Shown: positions 1-8,563 of the stretch, piece by piece
Layout of the letters: each line of letters starts with the position of its first letter
Numbering within the stretch: position 1 is the stretch's first letter
Assembly (NCBI GenBank): GCA_038087035.1
Contig: CP051187.1
Span: forward strand, 2,570,443-2,594,442
Reading direction: 5' to 3'
Origin: Gloeotrichia echinulata CP02
GTDB lineage: Bacteria > Cyanobacteriota > Cyanobacteriia > Cyanobacteriales > Nostocaceae
Length of the DNA: 24,000 nucleotides
Program-made: the position numbers and the translations under genes
The notes under the pieces: model-generated
Databases searched by the model: none
Told to the model about the DNA's origin: nothing
What the model saw: only the letters and a program-made list of their open reading frames with translations

Positions 1-905
1 GGCTGAAACTCACACCCCAGACTTCACCCTGATGCCCCTTAAATTCCTGGAGCAGTTGCCCCTGCAAGTTCCACAACCGCGCTGTCCCGTCCGTTGATGC
101 GGTAGCGATGGTTTTGCCGTCGGGGCTGAAACTCACACCCCAGACTTCACCCTGATGCCCCTTAAATTCCTGGAGCAGTTGCCCCTGCAAGTTCCACAAC
201 CGCGCTGTATTGTCATATGATGCGGTAGCGATGGTTTTGCCGTCGGGGCTGAAACTCACACTCGTGACCCAACCCTGATGCCCCTTAAATTCCTGGAGCA
301 GTTGCCCTTGCAAGTTCCACAACCGCGCTGTCCCGTCCGATGATGCGGTAGCGATGGTTTTGCCGTCCGGGCTGAAACTCACACTCGTGACCCAACCCTG
401 ATGCCCCTTAAATTCCTGGAGCAGTTGCCCTTGCAAGTTCCACAACCGCGCTGTATTGTCTAAGGATGCGGTAGCGATGGTTTTGCCGTCCGGGCTGAAA
501 CTCACACTCGTGACCCAACCCTGATGCCCCTTAAATTCCTGGAGCAGTTGCCCTTGCAAGTTCCACAACCGCGCTGTATTGTCTAAGGATGCGGTAGCGA
601 TGGTTTTGCCGTCCGGGCTGAAACTCACACTTGAGACATAACCCTGATGCCCCTTAAATTCATGGAGCCGTTGCCCCTGCAAGTTCCACAACCGCGCTGT
701 ATTGTCATTTGATGCGGTAGCGATGGTTTTGCCGTCGGGGCTGAAACTCACACTAAAGACACGATCCTGATGCCCCTTAAATTCCTGGAGCAGTTGCCCT
801 TGCAAGTTCCACAACCGCGCTGTATTGTCATTTGATGCGGTAGCGATGGTTTTGCCGTCGGGGCTGAAACTCACACTAAAGACATAACCCTGATGCCCTT
901 CTAAG
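1..905 (-). repeat. 123-bp tandem repeat, 8 copies in the window, one WD40 blade (41 codons) per unit
   Basis: The string ggctgaaact recurs at 1, 124, 247, 370, 493, 616, 739 and 862. Units are near-identical apart from two short variable patches. Confidence 0.95.
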
Positions 906-1699
906 CGGTTGCGTTCTTTTCCCTGAGTAAGAACTGTCTGCAAAGCATTTAATTGCTGTGGGTTAGTTGTGTTGTGTTTCCCGAAGATTTTCCCTGCTTT
1001 AATTGCTGTGACAAAAGCCTCCAATTCTTTATGTTCATTAAATAATAATAAAGAATATCTAGCAAGAGATTCGGCTCCATTGAGTTCCGATTGCTTTGTC
1101 TGATTCCATGCAGTCAAAGCCAACCCACCGCTAATCATCACCGCCACCAACGAACCCGCAGCAATTCCCCAGGCGGTTCTAATTTCGCGTTTCCTGCTGG
1201 CTACTTCGACTTGTTGGAGGCGATTTCCTTCTTGGATACTCTGCTCAATAAATTCTTGCTCATCAATTAAGTCTTCTGGGCGTTCCTTGAGTTGTTCTTC
1301 TGCTTCCGCCAAAGCCGCACCCCGCAACAATGAACCAGAATCTTGCTTCGTTGCTTCCCATTGTCCCTTGGCTGAACGCAGTCGCTCTTGCCAAGCTGAC
1401 TCTTCCGGCTTTTCTTGTTTCAATAACTCCTGCGCTAACTTAATAATTTCCGTATCTTTATCAACTCCTAAATTGATTAACTCTTCTTTAAGCAATGCTT
1501 TAAACGCTTCTGAATCCAGCTTTTTCTCATGTTTATCTACAATATCGCTGTCATCTTCTTTACCCTGTTCAGCAAACTTTTTTTTAATCAAGGTTTTCAA
1601 CCCCTGATAGGCATTTTTAACTGCTGTTTGTGCGGTCTCTTTAGTAGCAGCGATCGCGCCTGCACCCAATGCAGCAAGAATCAGAGAGATAGGTTCCAT
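1..1699 (-). CDS. WD40-repeat protein. The N-terminus is complete and the C-terminal end runs off the window edge
   Basis: Absent from the ORF track because it leaves the window. My hand translation of the minus strand from ATG at 1699 (GAGGA a few nt upstream) stays open to position 1. It reads MEPISLILAALGAGAIAATKETAQTAVKNAYQGLKTLIKKKF..., then an acidic linker, an LLRGAALAEAEEQL motif and a hydrophobic helix (IAAGSLVAVMISGGLALTAW). After that come repeated GHQGxVxSVSFSPDGKTIATASxDxTARLWNLQGQLLQEFK blades. Confidence 0.85.
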   Translation of the reverse strand, partial: MEPISLILAALGAGAIAATKETAQTAVKNAYQGLKTLIKKKFAEQGKEDDSDIVDKHEKKLDSEAFKALLKEELINLGVDKDTEIIKLAQELLKQEKPEESAWQERLRSAKGQWEATKQDSGSLLRGAALAEAEEQLKERPEDLIDEQEFIEQSIQEGNRLQQVEVASRKREIRTAWGIAAGSLVAVMISGGLALTAWNQTKQSELNGAESLARYSLLLFNEHKELEAFVTAIKAGKIFGKHNTTNPQQLNALQTVLTQGKERNRLEGHQGYVFSVSFSPDGKTIATASNDNTARLWNLQGQLLQEFKGHQDRVFSVSFSPDGKTIATASNDNTARLWNLQGQRLHEFKGHQGYVSSVSFSPDGKTIATASLDNTARLWNLQGQLLQEFKGHQGWVTSVSFSPDGKTIATASLDNTARLWNLQGQLLQEFKGHQGWVTSVSFSPDGKTIATASSDGTARLWNLQGQLLQEFKGHQGWVTSVSFSPDGKTIATASYDNTARLWNLQGQLLQEFKGHQGEVWGVSFSPDGKTIATASTDGTARLWNLQGQLLQEFKGHQGEVWGVSFS

Positions 1700-1992
1700 C
1701 GTTAATCCTCTGAAATGTGTATAGAACATTTATATCGGATATTGAGAAAATATTTGCAAAAAGTTCTACTCTCGGATTTCTCACCAGATTTTTCTGACCG
1801 TTGCTTTCTCTATGTCCCGAATTCGTAGGGGCGGGTGAGCGCGATATCCTCGTTAATAATTGATGATCCTTATGAACCTGACCCTATTTGTGAGAAATGC
1901 AGGTACTCAGGGACGTGGGGTGACTCTAAATAATTTATTGTGTGATAAGTAGGTAGGCACAATTAAGCGGAACGTAGGGGCGCAAGGGGAAC

Positions 1993-2037
1993 GTAGGGGC
2001 GCAAGGCCTTGCGCCCCTACCACGTGGTCTATTTACC
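1993..2037. repeat. Dispersed palindromic element GTAGGGGCGCAAGGCCTTGCGCCCCTAC plus a 17-nt arm. It is the left member of an inverted pair
   Basis: A perfect 28-nt palindrome at 1993-2020 is followed by cacgtggtctatttacc. A half-copy (gtaggggcgcaagg) lies at 1974-1987. The reverse complement recurs at 3199-3243 with one mismatch. Confidence 0.8.
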
Positions 2038-2058
2038 AGAAAATCCCTGTAAGTAGCT

Positions 2059-2421
2059 TTAGGTAGTAGGCAAAGCTACACTTTGACGCACAGTACGCTT
2101 GCGGTTGCTTTTGCGAGTACCTCCAGCCATCTGATACTCATGGCTATCGTGACCAAACTTATAAGCAATACCACGCAAGATTTTCTCAGAATAATCTGCT
2201 AAATCTTGTTCTTGTTCGATAATCTGGGTTAATAAGATATCGATACTAGAAAGGTTGCTATTGTACGTTTCCAGTATTTTACGCAGGGTTTCTATTTTAT
2301 CAGTATATTCTGTAACTGTCAATCCTTCTCCGATATCTAGAGTTTGACTGATAGATTTAACGCTTGCTAGACGAATCTGAGCTTTATCGAGAGTACGTGA
2401 ACTGCGTTTTGGTCTTGGCAT
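2059..2421 (-). CDS. Hypothetical protein, 120 aa, with basic termini and a helical middle
   Basis: ORF-track entry with an ATG start and a GGAG about 18 nt upstream. I recognise no family. It is non-repetitive and lies between repeat blocks. Confidence 0.5.
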   Translation of the reverse strand: MPRPKRSSRTLDKAQIRLASVKSISQTLDIGEGLTVTEYTDKIETLRKILETYNSNLSSIDILLTQIIEQEQDLADYSEKILRGIAYKFGHDSHEYQMAGGTRKSNRKRTVRQSVALPTT

Positions 2422-2551
2422 AATTAATACTCATTCTCCACATTTTGGATAACTCTATAGTGGACAATGGTTTAAACAGTTGTCATACGTAAAATTGTTG
2501 ATTTTTGTTAAAAAACCTAAAATTTGAATAACAGGAAACAGGGAACAGGCA

Positions 2552-3084
2552 ATATAGCGGTTCTCAGTTGAATGCAACACAAAATTATATTGTCGCGTGT
2601 AGGGGCACGGCACTGCCGTGCCCTTACGAGTGTATTGGACTCAACCGAGAACCGCTATATACACAAAATTATATTGTCGCGTGTAGGGGCACGGCACTGC
2701 CGTGCCCTTACGAGTGTATTAAACTCAACCGAGAACCGCTATATACACAAAATTATATTGTCGCGTGTAGGGGCACGGCACTGCCGTGCCCTTACAAGTG
2801 TATTGGACTCAACCGAGAACCGCTATATACACAAAATTATATTGTCGCGTGTAGGGGCACGGCACTGCCGTGCCCTTACAAGTGTATTGGACTCAACCGA
2901 GAACCGCTATATACACAAAATTATATTGTCGCGTGTAGGGGCACGGCACTGCCGTGCCCTTACGAGTGTATTGGACTCAACCAAGAACCGCTATATACAC
3001 AAAATTATATTGTCGCGTGTAGGGGCACGGCACTGCCGTGCCCTTACGAGTGTATTGGACTCAACCAAGAACCGCTATATACAG
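2552..3084 (+). repeat. 84-bp tandem repeat with 6 full units, each carrying a 13-bp-stem hairpin. An inverted partial unit sits at the left edge
   Basis: The unit is aaaattatattgtcgcgtgtaggggcacggcactgccgtgcccttacgagtgtattggactcaaccgagaaccgctatatacac. Units start at 2581, 2665, 2749 and so on, differing by only a few SNPs. Positions 2552-2580 resemble the reverse complement of the unit's 3' part. Confidence 0.95.
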
Positions 3085-3108
3085 TTTCTTGATCACATAA
3101 GGTTTCCC

Positions 3109-3137
3109 GTAAGGGCACGGCAATGCCGTGCCCCTAC
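3109..3137. repeat. Isolated copy of the GTAGGGGCACGGCA hairpin, inverted relative to the tandem array
   Basis: gtaagggcacggcaatgccgtgcccctac. The mismatch position is mirrored relative to the array copies. Confidence 0.8.
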
Positions 3138-3198
3138 CAACGTATTTGTATCATACTTAAAGTGAAATGGTATAACGCGGAGCTTACAGCAGTTTTCA

Positions 3199-3243
3199 GG
3201 TAAATAGACCACGCGGTAGGGGCGCAAGGCCTTGCGCCCCTAC
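3199..3243. repeat. Right member of the 45-bp inverted pair (arm plus GTAGGGGCGCAAGGCCTTGCGCCCCTAC)
   Basis: ggtaaatagaccacgcg followed by the 28-nt palindrome. This is the reverse complement of 1993-2037 with one mismatch. Confidence 0.8.
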
Positions 3244-3299
3244 GAGGATCTGTGGTTCAAATCAATGAAAATCGCTGTAAATAATAAGTGCGTAAAATA

Positions 3300-3565
3300 T
3301 AAAAACGTCTTGGCAGAAGCTGCTACAGACTGCGCGGAACATAAAAACGTCTTGGCGGAAGCTGCTACAGACTGCGCGGAACACGGAAACGTCTTGACGG
3401 AAGCTGCTACAGGGAAGGCGGAAGCTGCTACAGACTGCGCGGAACACGGAAACGTCTTGACGGAAGCTGCTACAGGGAAGGCGGAAGCTGCTACAGACTG
3501 CGCGGAACACGGAAACGTCTTGACGGAAGCTGCTACAGGGAAGCCGGAAGCTGCTACAGGGAAGA
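3300..3565 (+). repeat. Nested 42-bp and 63-bp tandem repeats built around the 13-mer GAAGCTGCTACAG (8 copies)
   Basis: Two 42-bp units are followed by 63-bp units (aaacgtcttgacggaagctgctacagggaaggcggaagctgctacagactgcgcggaacacgg). The block ends about 145 bp upstream of the 3709 start codon. Confidence 0.9.
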
Positions 3566-3708
3566 CTTGATATTACACGCTGAATTTTTTCTGAATTTAT
3601 TAATCTAAATAGTAATCTATCTCACTTGGCGCACTATCGTGTAAGAAGAACACAAAGTATCTTGCGGGTCTTGATGCAGCAAATGCTGCAAACAGCTAAG
3701 GAGGAATT

Positions 3709-6237
3709 ATGCGTGCAGTACTAATGGCTGGCGGTTCGGGAACGCGGCTTCGCCCGTTAACTTGCGATTTGCCCAAACCTATGGTACCCATTCTCAATCG
3801 CCCAATTGCCGAACACATTATTAATCTCCTCAAACGACATCAAATTACGGAAGTAATTGCGACATTGCATTATTTACCTGATGTCTTGCGAGACTATTTT
3901 CAAGATGGTGACGATTTTGGTGTCCAGATGACCTACGCGGTGGAGGAAGACCAACCCCTGGGGACGGCGGGTTGTGTAAAAAATATTGCCGAACTTTTAG
4001 ATGAAACTTTTTTAGTGATTAGCGGCGATAGTGTCACGGATTTTGACCTGACTGCAGCCATTGAATTTCACAAACAAAAAAAGTCCAAAGCTACTTTAAT
4101 TTTAACCAGAGTCCCCAATCCTATTGAATTTGGGGTGGTGATTACCGATGAACAAGGTCGAATTCGGCGATTTTTAGAAAAACCTTCTACTAGTGAAATT
4201 TTTTCTGATACCGTCAATACTGGTACTTACATTCTCGAACCGGAAGTTTTACAATACCTACCAGAACACACAGAATGCGATTTTTCTAAGGACTTATTCC
4301 CGTTATTGCTGCAACAAGATGAGCCAATGTATGGCTATATTGCCCAAGGTTACTGGTGCGATGTGGGTCACTTGGATGCATATCGTCAAGCTCAGTATGA
4401 TGCCCTATATCGTCAGGTAAACCTCGATGTTGCTTACAATGAAGTTTCTCCTGGTTTATGGCGGGGACAAAACACTTATATTGACCCAACAGCGATGATT
4501 GAAACCCCAGCAGTGATTGGCAATAATTGCCGCATCGGGGCTAGAGTCCAAATTGAGGCAGGTACCGTCATTGGAGATAATGTTACCATTGCTGGTGATG
4601 CTAATCTCAAGCGTCCGATTGTTTGGAATGGGGCAATTATTGGCGAAGAAGCCCATTTATCTGCTTGTGTAATTTCTCGTGGCACCCGTGTAGACCGCCG
4701 CGCTCATGTGTTGGAAGCGGCTGTAGTTGGTTCGCTTTCTACGGTGGGTGAAGAAGCCAAAATTAGCCCTGGTGTGCGGGTTTGGCCTAGTAAAAAGATT
4801 GAGTCTGGTGCGATTTTAAACATTAACTTGATTTGGGGGAATACCGCCCAACGGAATCTATTTGGACAGCGTGGGGTGCAAGGTTTAGCTAATATTGACA
4901 TCACCCCAGAATTTGCGGTGAAGTTGGGTGCTGCTTACGGTTCTACTTTAAAACCAGGTTCTCAAGTGTCAGTTTCCCGTGACCAGCGGAATATCTCGCG
5001 CATGGTGACGCGATCGCTGATTGCTGGTCTGATGTCGGTGGGGGTTGATATTCAAAACCTCGATGCTACGGCGATTCCTATGGCGCGGACGGTTATTCCC
5101 AAAATGGGGATAACTGGCGGTATTCATGTGCGGGTACACCCAGACCGTGCTGATTACATCCTGATTGAATTTATGGACGCCAAAGGGATTAATATTTCTA
5201 AAGGGCAGGAAAAGAAAATTGAGGGGGCTTATTTTAAGGAAGATATGCGGCGATCGCAAATTCATGAAATTGGTGATGTCGCCTACCCCAGTCAAGTTAG
5301 TGACATTTATTGCAAGGCGTTTGAGAAGCTATTGCACGTTGACACCCTGCGTAACAGTCGGGCAAAAATCGTCATAGACTATGTTTATGCGGTGTCTGGG
5401 GCTGTATTACCCCAAATGTTACATAAATTTGGGGCGGATGCAGTGGTGCTAAACGCCAGTTTGAATAAAACGGCGATGTCTACTACTGACCGCGAAACAT
5501 TGCTGACTCAACTTGGTCATGTAGTCGAGGCGTTAAAGGCTAATTTTGGTGTGCAAGTATCGGCAAATGGGGAACAACTTATTTTAGTCGATGAATCTGG
5601 TATTCCCATTCGGGGGGAAACCCTCACCGCCCTGATGGTAGACATGATCTTAATGTCTAACCCCAGAGGGGCTGTAGTGGTGCCAGTTCATGCTTCTAGT
5701 GCGGTGGAACAAGTCGCCCGTCGCCATGATGGGAAGGTAATTCGCACCAAAGCCAATCCCACAGCCTTGATGGAGGCTTCCCAAAAATACCCAAATGTGG
5801 TATTGGCAGGTAGTGGGGAGACTGGTTTTATTTTCCCACAACTGCATCCGGGATTTGATTCGATGTTTTGCATCGCCAAGCTCATTGAAATGTTAACAAT
5901 ACAAGAGCGATCGCTTGCGGCTGTGCGCTCAGAATTACCCCGTGTGGTTCACAAAAATTATACAGTCCGCTGTCCCTGGAGTGTTAAGGGGGCGCTGATG
6001 CGTCATTTGGTGGAAACTAACCCCGCGCAAAATCTAGAATTAATCGATGGGGTGAAAATTCGTCAGCCCTACGATGACAGTTGGCTACTAGTTTTACCCG
6101 ATGCTAGTGAACCGGTAGTGCATTTGTATGCTAATAGCAATGAGCGCGATTGGGTCGATGAGACTTTAAGACATTACCGTAAGCGCGTGCAGATATTTGT
6201 GGAGAAGGAACAGGAACAACAGCCGGCTGAGGTGTAA
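3709..6237 (+). CDS. Sugar-1-phosphate nucleotidyltransferase (mannose-1-phosphate guanylyltransferase family) fused to a phosphohexomutase-like C-terminal module
   Basis: 842-aa ORF with AGGAGG before the ATG. The N-terminal [20 protein letters not shown] motif is the G-x-G-T-R-L-x-P-L-T-x-x-x-P-K nucleotidyltransferase signature. A hexapeptide-like stretch ([25 protein letters not shown]) follows. The C-terminal ~450 aa have the PGM/PMM four-domain layout. Confidence 0.9.
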   Translation: MRAVLMAGGSGTRLRPLTCDLPKPMVPILNRPIAEHIINLLKRHQITEVIATLHYLPDVLRDYFQDGDDFGVQMTYAVEEDQPLGTAGCVKNIAELLDETFLVISGDSVTDFDLTAAIEFHKQKKSKATLILTRVPNPIEFGVVITDEQGRIRRFLEKPSTSEIFSDTVNTGTYILEPEVLQYLPEHTECDFSKDLFPLLLQQDEPMYGYIAQGYWCDVGHLDAYRQAQYDALYRQVNLDVAYNEVSPGLWRGQNTYIDPTAMIETPAVIGNNCRIGARVQIEAGTVIGDNVTIAGDANLKRPIVWNGAIIGEEAHLSACVISRGTRVDRRAHVLEAAVVGSLSTVGEEAKISPGVRVWPSKKIESGAILNINLIWGNTAQRNLFGQRGVQGLANIDITPEFAVKLGAAYGSTLKPGSQVSVSRDQRNISRMVTRSLIAGLMSVGVDIQNLDATAIPMARTVIPKMGITGGIHVRVHPDRADYILIEFMDAKGINISKGQEKKIEGAYFKEDMRRSQIHEIGDVAYPSQVSDIYCKAFEKLLHVDTLRNSRAKIVIDYVYAVSGAVLPQMLHKFGADAVVLNASLNKTAMSTTDRETLLTQLGHVVEALKANFGVQVSANGEQLILVDESGIPIRGETLTALMVDMILMSNPRGAVVVPVHASSAVEQVARRHDGKVIRTKANPTALMEASQKYPNVVLAGSGETGFIFPQLHPGFDSMFCIAKLIEMLTIQERSLAAVRSELPRVVHKNYTVRCPWSVKGALMRHLVETNPAQNLELIDGVKIRQPYDDSWLLVLPDASEPVVHLYANSNERDWVDETLRHYRKRVQIFVEKEQEQQPAEV

Positions 6238-6260
6238 GCGAACTCTATCTATGGCTTGCG

Positions 6261-6302
6261 GGGGCGCAAGGCCTTGGGGGGCGCAAGGCCTTGCGCCCCT
6301 AC
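6261..6302. repeat. GGGGCGCAAGGCCTTGCGCCCC palindromic element with a tandem half-copy
   Basis: ggggcgcaaggccttggggggcgcaaggccttgcgcccctac lies just after the 6237 stop. It may double as a terminator hairpin. Confidence 0.75.
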
Positions 6303-6368
6303 GGAGAATCATCCTGACATGGCGGATAAAATGCAATACAGTTCAGTTAGGCTCGAATGATATACACT

Positions 6369-6432
6369 GTAGGGGCACGGCATCCAAAATTTTTTCTTCT
6401 AATTGACAATTTTATTCGTGCCGTGCCCCTAC
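6369..6432. repeat. Split copy of the GTAGGGGCACGGCA / TGCCGTGCCCCTAC hairpin with a 36-nt AT-rich loop
   Basis: gtaggggcacggca at 6369-6382 pairs with tgccgtgcccctac at 6419-6432. Confidence 0.75.
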
Positions 6433-6528
6433 GACAATTTTCCTTAACTGAACCGTATTGGGATAAAATGGGTGTCAATCGGTTATTGTGGTGCAATGAG
6501 CTTCGGGGGCGCAACGTTCATCACGTAG

Positions 6529-7158
6529 CTATGTCAGTGGATTGGCGGATTGAAAAATTTGTTCAGCAGTCAGAGCCAAGTCTGGAAAAGTTAGGGATTC
6601 GATGCGATCGCCATTTCGGAATTGCTTAACAAGGTATTCCCCTTCAACTAACGAGTAAATCGAGATAGTTGGTTGTTTAGGATTACCAATGAATTTTCTA
6701 CCACCACTAGCAGCATAATCTACAATCCAGTATTCTGGGATGCCAATAGCCTCGTACTGACCAAGTTTGGTAAAGTAATCATCACGCCAGTTCGTGCTGA
6801 CAACTTCTATAACTAATGGGATTGATGACGGTTGACTAACTGTTGATTTATTTCTCCACTTTGGCTCATTGACTAAGTTGGGGCGATTCAACAACAGTAT
6901 GTCAGGTAAGAAAGTAGATTCACTTTCAGTTGATTGAACAAACCCCATTTTAGGAATCAAATAGGGTTTTGAAATCCGGGCGCACTCCTGCAAAATTTGC
7001 TGGATTAAGAATGCGATAAGTAATTCATGATCACCTGTTGGTGGTGGTATTTGTTTGATAAATCGATTATGCAGTTCGTAACGCAACTGTGTTGAATTAG
7101 CAGGATACCAGTCTAGAAACTGGTCAACAGAAATCGTCATTGGTAGCGATTGAATCAT
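6529..7158 (-). CDS. Uma2-family (DUF820) putative endonuclease
   Basis: 209 aa. It carries the family hallmarks PDILLL...IPLVIEVVSTNWRDDYFTKLGQYEAIGIPEYWIVD (a PD-(D/E)xK-like core). It is a paralog of 18275..18916. Confidence 0.85.
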   Translation of the reverse strand: MIQSLPMTISVDQFLDWYPANSTQLRYELHNRFIKQIPPPTGDHELLIAFLIQQILQECARISKPYLIPKMGFVQSTESESTFLPDILLLNRPNLVNEPKWRNKSTVSQPSSIPLVIEVVSTNWRDDYFTKLGQYEAIGIPEYWIVDYAASGGRKFIGNPKQPTISIYSLVEGEYLVKQFRNGDRIESLTFPDLALTAEQIFQSANPLT

Positions 7159-7309
7159 TTATCTACCTCCAAAAAGTCAATGAAAAACTCCATCCACTCT
7201 TGGGTGGAGTTTTAGAGCATCGAGCATGGGGAAGAGTAACCAATGCCCTATGTATGCCCTATGCCCCTCCTCGGCGGCTTCTCTCCCTCTCCACCCACTC
7301 TTGGGTGCA

Positions 7310-8223
7310 GTTTCCCGCGAACGGGTTTTGTTAATTTGAAAGATGAATATCTAAAAATTATAAATCAGTTTGACGGAAGCTTCAATCCCGCGAACGGGTT
7401 TCATTAATTTGAAAGTCTTCGGCTTTTGAAAAGACTCTGCGGCACTATGGAATGTTTCAATCCCGCGAACGGGTTTCATTAATTTGAAAGTATAATCCCG
7501 TTATAGGGATTCAATAAAAATATGGAGTTTCAATCCCGCGAACGGGTTTCATTAATTTGAAAGCAGAAACTATTTATCAGCCACAGCCAAAGCCATGCTG
7601 TTTCAATCCCGCGAACGGGTTTCATTAATTTGAAAGTTGCTATCAGCAGAATATTCGATGATAAAAAAGTGTTTCAATCCCGCGAACGGGTTTCATTAAT
7701 TTGAAAGTCCTATTTAGGGATTGCTTCAATGAATTAAGGAACTGTTTCAATCCCGCGAACGGGTTTCATTAATTTGAAAGAACAATGCGGGTGTATGGCT
7801 GGTTGTAATTGGGGATGTTTCAATCCCGCGAACGGGTTTCATTAATTTGAAAGCGATGAAGCTGATGAAATTGTTGAATTACAGCCTGTAGGTTTCAATC
7901 CCGCGAACGGGTTTCATTAATTTGAAAGTTGAAAGTGCATCCGCCCGTTATCCCTCATAATCACATTCTTGTTTCAATCCCGCGAACGGGTTTCATTAAT
8001 TTGAAAGTTGGTTTTGGGATGCTTGTCGCCCTTACCTAGTACGTTTCAATCCCGCGAACGGGTTTCATTAATTTGAAAGTTCCCATTAATGTTATCCCAA
8101 ATACCTGATAGCGGTTTCAATCCCGCGAACGGGTTTCATTAATTTGAAAGGCCATAAGCAACCAGTCCACCGGCTGAATCAAAATAGTTTCAATCCCGCG
8201 AACGGGTTTCATTAATTTGAAAG
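7310..8223 (-). CRISPR. CRISPR array 1: 13 repeats (12 full 37-nt repeats plus 1 degenerate distal repeat) and 12 spacers of 34-42 nt
   Basis: On the + strand the repeat is GTTTCAATCCCGCGAACGGGTTTCATTAATTTGAAAG. Full repeats start at 7379 (one mismatch), 7454, 7527, 7600, 7671, 7744, 7817, 7892, 7971, 8043, 8114 and 8187. The degenerate copy with a 4-nt deletion is at 7310-7342. The leader lies on the 8224 side, so the transcribed orientation is minus: CTTTCAAATTAATGAAACCCGTTCGCGGGATTGAAAC. Confidence 0.97.
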
Positions 8224-8440
8224 TCCGCCAGCCAGAAGCTAGTTATAGACCAAGTTTTAGAAGCAATTTTGGCGGGACTAATTTAAAAAGCCATTTCAGC
8301 CTTTGTCAAGAGCCAACCAAAAAACATTCATGACGCCGAAAGTATTGAATTGTCAAGGTTCTGGCGATTTGGCGGGAGGTTATGGGTTTTCGCCCGCGCT
8401 TTCCCCTGCCAAAAACTGGCTTACCGAAAGTATAAGCTCA
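8224..8440 (-). promoter_or_regulatory. CRISPR leader of array 1
   Basis: It shares three blocks with the array-2 leader. An 82-nt core (8338-8419) matches 15037-15118 at 77/82. It also carries ttttaaattagtcccgccaaaattgc. Its repeat-proximal 14-mer tccgccagccagaa is the reverse complement of ttctggctggcgga. The core contains a conserved TTGACA hexamer. Confidence 0.75.
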
Positions 8441-8449
8441 TACTTCATT

Positions 8450-8487
8450 ATTTTACGTTGCCACTTTACAAAAGTTATCCAAAATCC
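8450..8487 (+). repeat. 38-bp direct repeat, copy 1 (flanks the TA cassette)
   Basis: attttacgttgccactttacaaaagttatccaaaatcc. It is identical to 9400-9437 except for one base (g/c). Confidence 0.9.
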
Positions 8488-8563
8488 AATATAGTTCAGT
8501 TAACTGAACCCTGTTGAAAATTGTTCGAGCCAAGGGATTTAAGGCGTTTGTTCTATCAAAGTC

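Noticed and set aside
1287-1607. A 106-aa + strand ORF rich in Ser and Cys
   Set aside because: It is antisense to the well-supported WD40 gene's N-terminal region, is low-complexity, and has no start context.
2568-3165. Two overlapping + strand ORFs (174 and 197 aa) with perfectly periodic peptides (NYIVACRGTALPCPYECIGLNREPLYTQ... and KIILSRVGARHCRALTSVLDSTENRYIH...)
   Set aside because: They are open only because the 84-bp tandem unit is a multiple of 3. Two frames are open at once, the periodicity is exact, and there is no RBS context. They are a translation artefact of a DNA/RNA-level repeat.
3232-3570. ORFs on both strands (112 aa on +, 82 aa on -) across the 42/63-bp repeats
   Set aside because: The cause is the same 3n tandem periodicity. 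Both strands are open simultaneously and the peptides are low-complexity repeats.
4193-5885. Nine short ORFs on both strands nested within 3709..6237
   Set aside because: All lie inside or antisense to the 842-aa nucleotidyltransferase gene, which has clear family motifs along its full length.
6197-6629. ORFs 6197..6406 and 6357..6629
   Set aside because: They read through palindromic dispersed repeats (GGGGCGCAAGGCC and GTAGGGGCACGGCA) and the antisense 3' end of the Uma2 gene. There is no coding signal.
7310-8223. Type V-K (Cas12k/CAST) array hypothesis, raised because the + strand repeat starts GTTTCAA and ends TTGAAAG
   Set aside because: There are no cas12k, tnsB, tnsC or tniQ genes in the window. 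The leader position and the degenerate distal repeat show that the transcribed repeat is the reverse complement. That form ends in ATTGAAAC and has a CCCG-loop-CGGG hairpin, like class 1 (I-D type) repeats. The neighbours are cas3' and cas2.
8303-8494. A 63-aa ORF sharing the peptide CQGSGDLAGGYGFSP with ORF 15013..15300, which could suggest a conserved small protein next to each array
   Set aside because: The similarity comes from the conserved 82-nt leader core. Three of its five nucleotide differences change the peptide (L/W, A/V, S/C). The 15013..15300 ORF starts inside spacer 1 and reads through a CRISPR repeat. I interpret the core as a leader DNA/RNA element and not as coding sequence.
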